From the IMG/VR virus record IMGVR_UViG_2541047784_000010, positions 1 through 40,741 of that record: a DNA stretch of 40,741 nt. One strand, given 5' to 3'. Under the pieces are notes generated by a model, which ran no database searches, had not been told where the DNA came from, and saw only the letters and a list, made by a program, of their open reading frames with translations. The position numbers were made by a program, and so were the translations under genes. Source of the stretch: a virus (lineage: Duplodnaviria; Heunggongvirae; Uroviricota; Caudoviricetes). Positions 36,701-40,741 of the stretch are shown here, in pieces; position 1 is the first letter of the stretch, and the number at the start of each line of letters is the position of its first letter.

Positions 36701-39178
36701 ATGACAGATTCAATAAATGCCAATGTTGTAGTGAGTATGCCTTCGCAACTCTTCACTATGGCGCGTTCTTTTAAAGCCGTAGCCAATGGCAAAATTTATA
36801 TCGGTAAAATTGACACTGACCCGGTAAATCCTGAAAACCAGATTCAGGTTTATGTGGAGAACGAAGACGGTTCTCACGTCCCTGTTTCGCAACCAATCAT
36901 CATTAACGCTGCTGGATATCCGGTATATAACGGACAGATTGCCAAGTTCGTAACTGTGCAAGGCCATTCTATGGCTGTTTATGATGCATATGGTGCACAG
37001 CAGTTTTATTTTCCTAATGTGCTGAAGTATGACCCCGATCAGCTACGGCCGCAATTAGAAGATCCAGATGGCGCTAAAAAATATCCTGAGTTGCAGATGG
37101 CACGATGGAGAGATTGTGGAGATGTTAGAGGGTGGGGAGCAAAAATAGATGGGGTAACAGATGATTCAGATGCTTTTATTAAAGCTTTAAACTCTGGAAG
37201 GTCGGTTATAACAATTCCTGAAGGAATATGCATCATCAAGAAGAATATTAACATTCCGGAAGGATGTTCACTGGTTGGATCTGGCATTGATTATTGGGAC
37301 ACATATAGACCAGCGCCTGAAAGATTATTAAAAAGTTGGAGTAAAGGAACCCATCTTGTATTTACTGGTGATGGAGAAAAAAACAAATATTTTTTTAACA
37401 TCTCTAATGAAAGACCAGCTAAAATTGTTGAAGGGATATCTTGTAAGTTCACTGAGTTTACGAATGAAGATTCTGTAGGTGTTACTCCTGCTACACCAAA
37501 AGCCATGAGCGTAGCTGTTAGTATCAACAGGGCATCACAGTTACGCAATCTGAGAATAATGGTAAGTAAAAATGGTATTGAAGGATACAATAACCCTGAT
37601 TCTTATTCATTGGGTGATAACTGGGATATAGGGTTGCATGTATACGATAGCTGTGATTCAGTTATTGATAACGTACAGATTGTCGGCTATTGGAGGGTAA
37701 AAGGACTACTACTGACAGAAAATGACGGGAGCCTTTCAATGAAGGGAAATCCTGAAAAAACGCACTTTAATAACGTTTATGTCCAGTCAGGAATCGCGAT
37801 AAGGAATAGCCCTCAGATTGATCTTGTAAGTAATACTGAAAGCTCAGTGACATTTAAACATAAAAAGTCGATGAGAATAACTTCAGTTAAACAGTTTAAA
37901 ATTGCTGGCAGTGAATCAGTATATACGTATTCAGATGCATCATTTGATGGAACTAACATCACACTATCTGGTATTTCTCCTGAAATACAAGGTACAATAA
38001 GTGTAATCAGGTTTCCGTCAATTGGTAATAATTTTAGCGGGACTGTTTTTGAGAATACAGTAGCCACTACTCTTGATCATACATCAGGTAAGCCATCAGA
38101 ATACTTTGGCCTTCCTGCATCCTTTGCATTAGAGGTTGATGGTTTCCCTGTTCGTAATTTAAGGTTTGATAAATTCAAAGCTCAAACAACATTTGATAAA
38201 GGAAATTGCATTTTTGGTGATTGCCGTGATGTTAAAATAACATCATCTGAGTTTGAAAATGGAATTATGATTGCGTATAACCAGACCGAGACTCAGGGTT
38301 ATACAGGAAATCTTAGATTTTTTGCTTCTGATCTTCAGAGCAGCGTTAACACAAGTGAGTTTAAACCAAGAGACGCATTTGTAGACAATAGACAAATAAA
38401 AACGGAGTTTACTGATGGTTCGTTCATTATAAAGAACTGGAGGCCTACAGATACAAAAATACAATGGTCGTCTGGAGTAGATGCTATTGTTCTTAGAGAG
38501 TCACCTGACGAACAATCAAACGGAAATATTTACGGGTATCACATTGATGGTAAAAGATGGATTAATGTTAGTGGATATAACAAAGATATAAATATTTCAT
38601 CAAGAAACTTAAGCGTAAAAAACCATGGTGATGACTCTGCAGTTATTAATATATTCGGCGACTCTGGAAATATTGCCATTAAAGGTAATTTTTCACCAAT
38701 TATTGATAACAGCAAATCTCTTGGTGCACCATCATTTAGATGGGCTCAGATTTATTCTGCATCCGGGACTATAAGCACATCAGATGAAACACTTAAAACA
38801 ATATATGACATTACTCAGGCAGAGCGTGATGCTGCGCTGGAAATAAAGGGAATTATATGCAAGTTCAGGTTTAATGAGTCGATTAATTTTAAAGGATTGG
38901 AGTTATCAAGGTATCATTTTGGAGTTGGCGCTCAAACCGTAGGAGATATTCTTAGAAAGCATGGTTTAAATCCTGAGCAATATGCTTTTTGGTGTTACGA
39001 TGAATGGCCAGACGTATGGGATGAAGAGGTGATAACTGAAGAGAGCACAGATCCTGATACAGGTGAGAAAATTTATTCTCAATATAAAACAGGAAATATG
39101 ATTCTTGTAAAAAAAGCAGGTGGACGCTACGGAATTCGTTATGACGAATTGGCTATGTTTATATTAATGGCAATGTAG
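36701..39178 (+). CDS. Tailspike: P22-type head-binding domain + beta-helix receptor domain + C-terminal intramolecular chaperone domain
   Basis: 825 aa from [18 protein letters not shown]; N-terminal ~110 aa match P22 gp9 head-binding domain as recalled; C-terminal ~130 aa carry endosialidase-chaperone (peptidase S74-like) pattern with SDETLK autocleavage motif. Confidence 0.9.
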   Translation: MTDSINANVVVSMPSQLFTMARSFKAVANGKIYIGKIDTDPVNPENQIQVYVENEDGSHVPVSQPIIINAAGYPVYNGQIAKFVTVQGHSMAVYDAYGAQQFYFPNVLKYDPDQLRPQLEDPDGAKKYPELQMARWRDCGDVRGWGAKIDGVTDDSDAFIKALNSGRSVITIPEGICIIKKNINIPEGCSLVGSGIDYWDTYRPAPERLLKSWSKGTHLVFTGDGEKNKYFFNISNERPAKIVEGISCKFTEFTNEDSVGVTPATPKAMSVAVSINRASQLRNLRIMVSKNGIEGYNNPDSYSLGDNWDIGLHVYDSCDSVIDNVQIVGYWRVKGLLLTENDGSLSMKGNPEKTHFNNVYVQSGIAIRNSPQIDLVSNTESSVTFKHKKSMRITSVKQFKIAGSESVYTYSDASFDGTNITLSGISPEIQGTISVIRFPSIGNNFSGTVFENTVATTLDHTSGKPSEYFGLPASFALEVDGFPVRNLRFDKFKAQTTFDKGNCIFGDCRDVKITSSEFENGIMIAYNQTETQGYTGNLRFFASDLQSSVNTSEFKPRDAFVDNRQIKTEFTDGSFIIKNWRPTDTKIQWSSGVDAIVLRESPDEQSNGNIYGYHIDGKRWINVSGYNKDINISSRNLSVKNHGDDSAVINIFGDSGNIAIKGNFSPIIDNSKSLGAPSFRWAQIYSASGTISTSDETLKTIYDITQAERDAALEIKGIICKFRFNESINFKGLELSRYHFGVGAQTVGDILRKHGLNPEQYAFWCYDEWPDVWDEEVITEESTDPDTGEKIYSQYKTGNMILVKKAGGRYGIRYDELAMFILMAM

Positions 39179-39197
39179 TTGCAATAAATGCAGTATA

Positions 39198-39226
39198 TCC
39201 CGCATGAAAACTGCGGGATTGTTTTT
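39198..39226 (+). terminator. Rho-independent terminator after tailspike
   Basis: TCCCGCA-tgaaaac-TGCGGGA followed by TTGTTTTT. Confidence 0.85.
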
Positions 39227-39910
39227 ATCTAGTGTATTTGTGAGTTTTAAATAAAATTTGGTATGGATTCTTGCATCGTAGTGAACGCATGATTACCTAT
39301 GAAACAAAACTGAGACACACAAAGCTTTGCACTGGATTGCAAGGCTTTGTGCTCTTCTATGCTGAGTGGTGGGGCATATATGGGGCAAATCACACAGTTA
39401 GATCTACGGAGAACTACGGTGCTTGATGTTTCAGTCAACTCTAACTGCCTGTTATCTGGTGTGCTCTTGGGCGATCTTTGTCATTTATGAAATATACATG
39501 GTCATATGCAGCCATACCAGATGCCAGTATCAAAGATATCGAGGTACTTACGACACTTTTCTTTAATGCAGACTTCATAAATGTTCCTCTTCTTATTGTA
39601 CTTAATTCCAAAGTAATTTTACGAAGAGAAATAAGTGAATGTAAGTGAAGTTAGTCACATAAAGAGATAGCAGATTTAGCTAAAAAAAGGGAAATAACAG
39701 TCCATAACGCGTTGACATTACTTTCTGTTCTACTAAGTAATTTCTCGCCGATAAACAACTAATCTATTGATATTTAATAAATTATTGTATTTCACTGACA
39801 AATTGCCGAGCTGAGATCATAAATAATCATGCAACAGGTTATGAAAATGCATAAATATGTGATGGCTGTCACTTATTTATTTCAAGAAATATATCGCCTG
39901 GAAACAACGC

Positions 39911-39931
39911 GGGGCAGGGAATGGCTGCCCC
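39911..39931. terminator. Inverted repeat, probable terminator of the AraC-family gene
   Basis: Perfect GGGGCAG-ggaatgg-CTGCCCC about 50 nt beyond the stop of the minus-strand gene; T-rich on minus side. Confidence 0.4.
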
Positions 39932-39979
39932 ATTTAATTCTTACGCAGCGTGTGTGGTTGACTACTCGTTAGCAAATAA

Positions 39980-40741
39980 TCAACTAGCTAAAGCATTCAT
40001 CGTGTTGTCCGTGTTCATACCCGTGTGCCTTTGACAACGGTACTCCTTAGAAACTCTCTTCGGACTGTTGCCGAAATGTTTGCGAAACGCATAAATAAAA
40101 TAAGATGTACTGGCATAACCGCATTGTTCAGCAATTTTATTGACTGAACCTTCTACGCGTATCAAATTTTTCGCGTGCTGCATTCTGGCATCTAAAAGAA
40201 TCTGTGAGAATGTCGTTTGCTCTTGCTTTAGTTTTTTCTTCAACAGGCTTTCACTGATGTACAGGCAGTCACAAATATCTTTCAGCTTCCATGGGTGCGC
40301 CAGCTTCATGTTGACAATATTTCTTACTTTCCCGGAAACGGATAGCACACCGTTAGTTAATAGTGTAATGAAACCTTTGCATGCGGCAAAAATAGACAGG
40401 CAAGAAAAAAGCAAAAGCTCTGAAAAATTATGATGATTGCGTTCTTCCGAGTTGAGATAAGCAATCATTTCATTAAGCAATCCAGTCGGTACATTTGAAG
40501 CACGTAAAAACTTCGCAGGAACAGGCATCGTCACTGTCTGGATGTTAGTGCATTGTAGATATTTTTTAATGGTATTTTCATTAAATCCGATTTCTTTGAA
40601 ATGCCGCTCATAAGGTTCAAAATGCGTGCGAACAGCGTTATCTACCATCAGGATCTCGCCGTCAGAGAAGGCGTAATCTTTATCTAAAATGTTAGCGTTG
40701 AAGGCATGATGAATAAATATAACAGAACAAACGAGCGACAT
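39980..40741 (-). CDS. AraC-family transcriptional regulator (start codon at window edge; may be truncated)
   Basis: 253 aa; C-terminal AraC HTH (ISESLLKKKLKQEQTTFSQILLDARMQHAKNLI...GYASTSYFIYAFRKHFGNSP); AT-rich context. Confidence 0.85.
   Translation of the reverse strand: MSLVCSVIFIHHAFNANILDKDYAFSDGEILMVDNAVRTHFEPYERHFKEIGFNENTIKKYLQCTNIQTVTMPVPAKFLRASNVPTGLLNEMIAYLNSEERNHHNFSELLLFSCLSIFAACKGFITLLTNGVLSVSGKVRNIVNMKLAHPWKLKDICDCLYISESLLKKKLKQEQTTFSQILLDARMQHAKNLIRVEGSVNKIAEQCGYASTSYFIYAFRKHFGNSPKRVSKEYRCQRHTGMNTDNTMNALAS

Noticed and set aside
37039-38464. Multiple minus-strand ORFs inside the tailspike gene
   Set aside because: Antisense ORFs favoured by AT-rich codon usage; no RBS support.
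39247-39438. 63-aa minus-strand ORF overlapping the int-3'-end-like repeat
   Set aside because: Nucleotide similarity to int is in a different frame and the translation has no integrase-like sequence; treated as non-coding repeat DNA.
1-40741. CRISPR arrays, IS elements, rRNA genes
   Set aside because: No spaced direct-repeat arrays, terminal inverted repeats with transposase, or rRNA-like sequence seen on scanning.

Overview
The window is almost entirely one mosaic lambdoid prophage of the P22/Sf6 podovirus type (about 39 kb), running from a tyrosine integrase (158-1462, minus) to the tailspike (36701-39178, plus), followed by an AT-rich spacer and an AraC-family regulator gene at the right edge. 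Order: int-xis; a leftward early operon (Ea22-like, Gp157-like, RecT, cIII, Ral-like, P22-type N with nutL); immunity region (CI with lambda-type C-terminal domain, Cro, CII); replication (O-like initiator with internal iterons, DnaB-type helicase); nin region (NinB, NinE, NinF, RusA, NinH); Q; lambda-type lysis cassette S-R-Rz/Rz1; Rha; Sf6/P22-type morphogenesis (small and large terminase, portal, scaffold, coat, gp4/gp10/gp26, ejection proteins); an immI-like region (mnt, arc, ant); tailspike. Accessory cargo: two paralogous HNH-AP2 endonuclease genes, an AT-rich ORF in the PL operon, and a three-gene cassette co-transcribed with mnt in the position P22 uses for sieA. That cassette is the best candidate for an undescribed lysogen-expressed system. 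No tRNA, rRNA, CRISPR array or IS element was seen. Prophage att sites and host junctions could not be placed. All calls rest on reading the ORF translations and the nucleotide sequence by eye, and family assignments come from recalled motifs and synteny, not from searches. ORF-track coordinates include the stop codon; hand-derived coordinates (short ORFs, promoters, terminators, operators) may be off by 1-2 nt.
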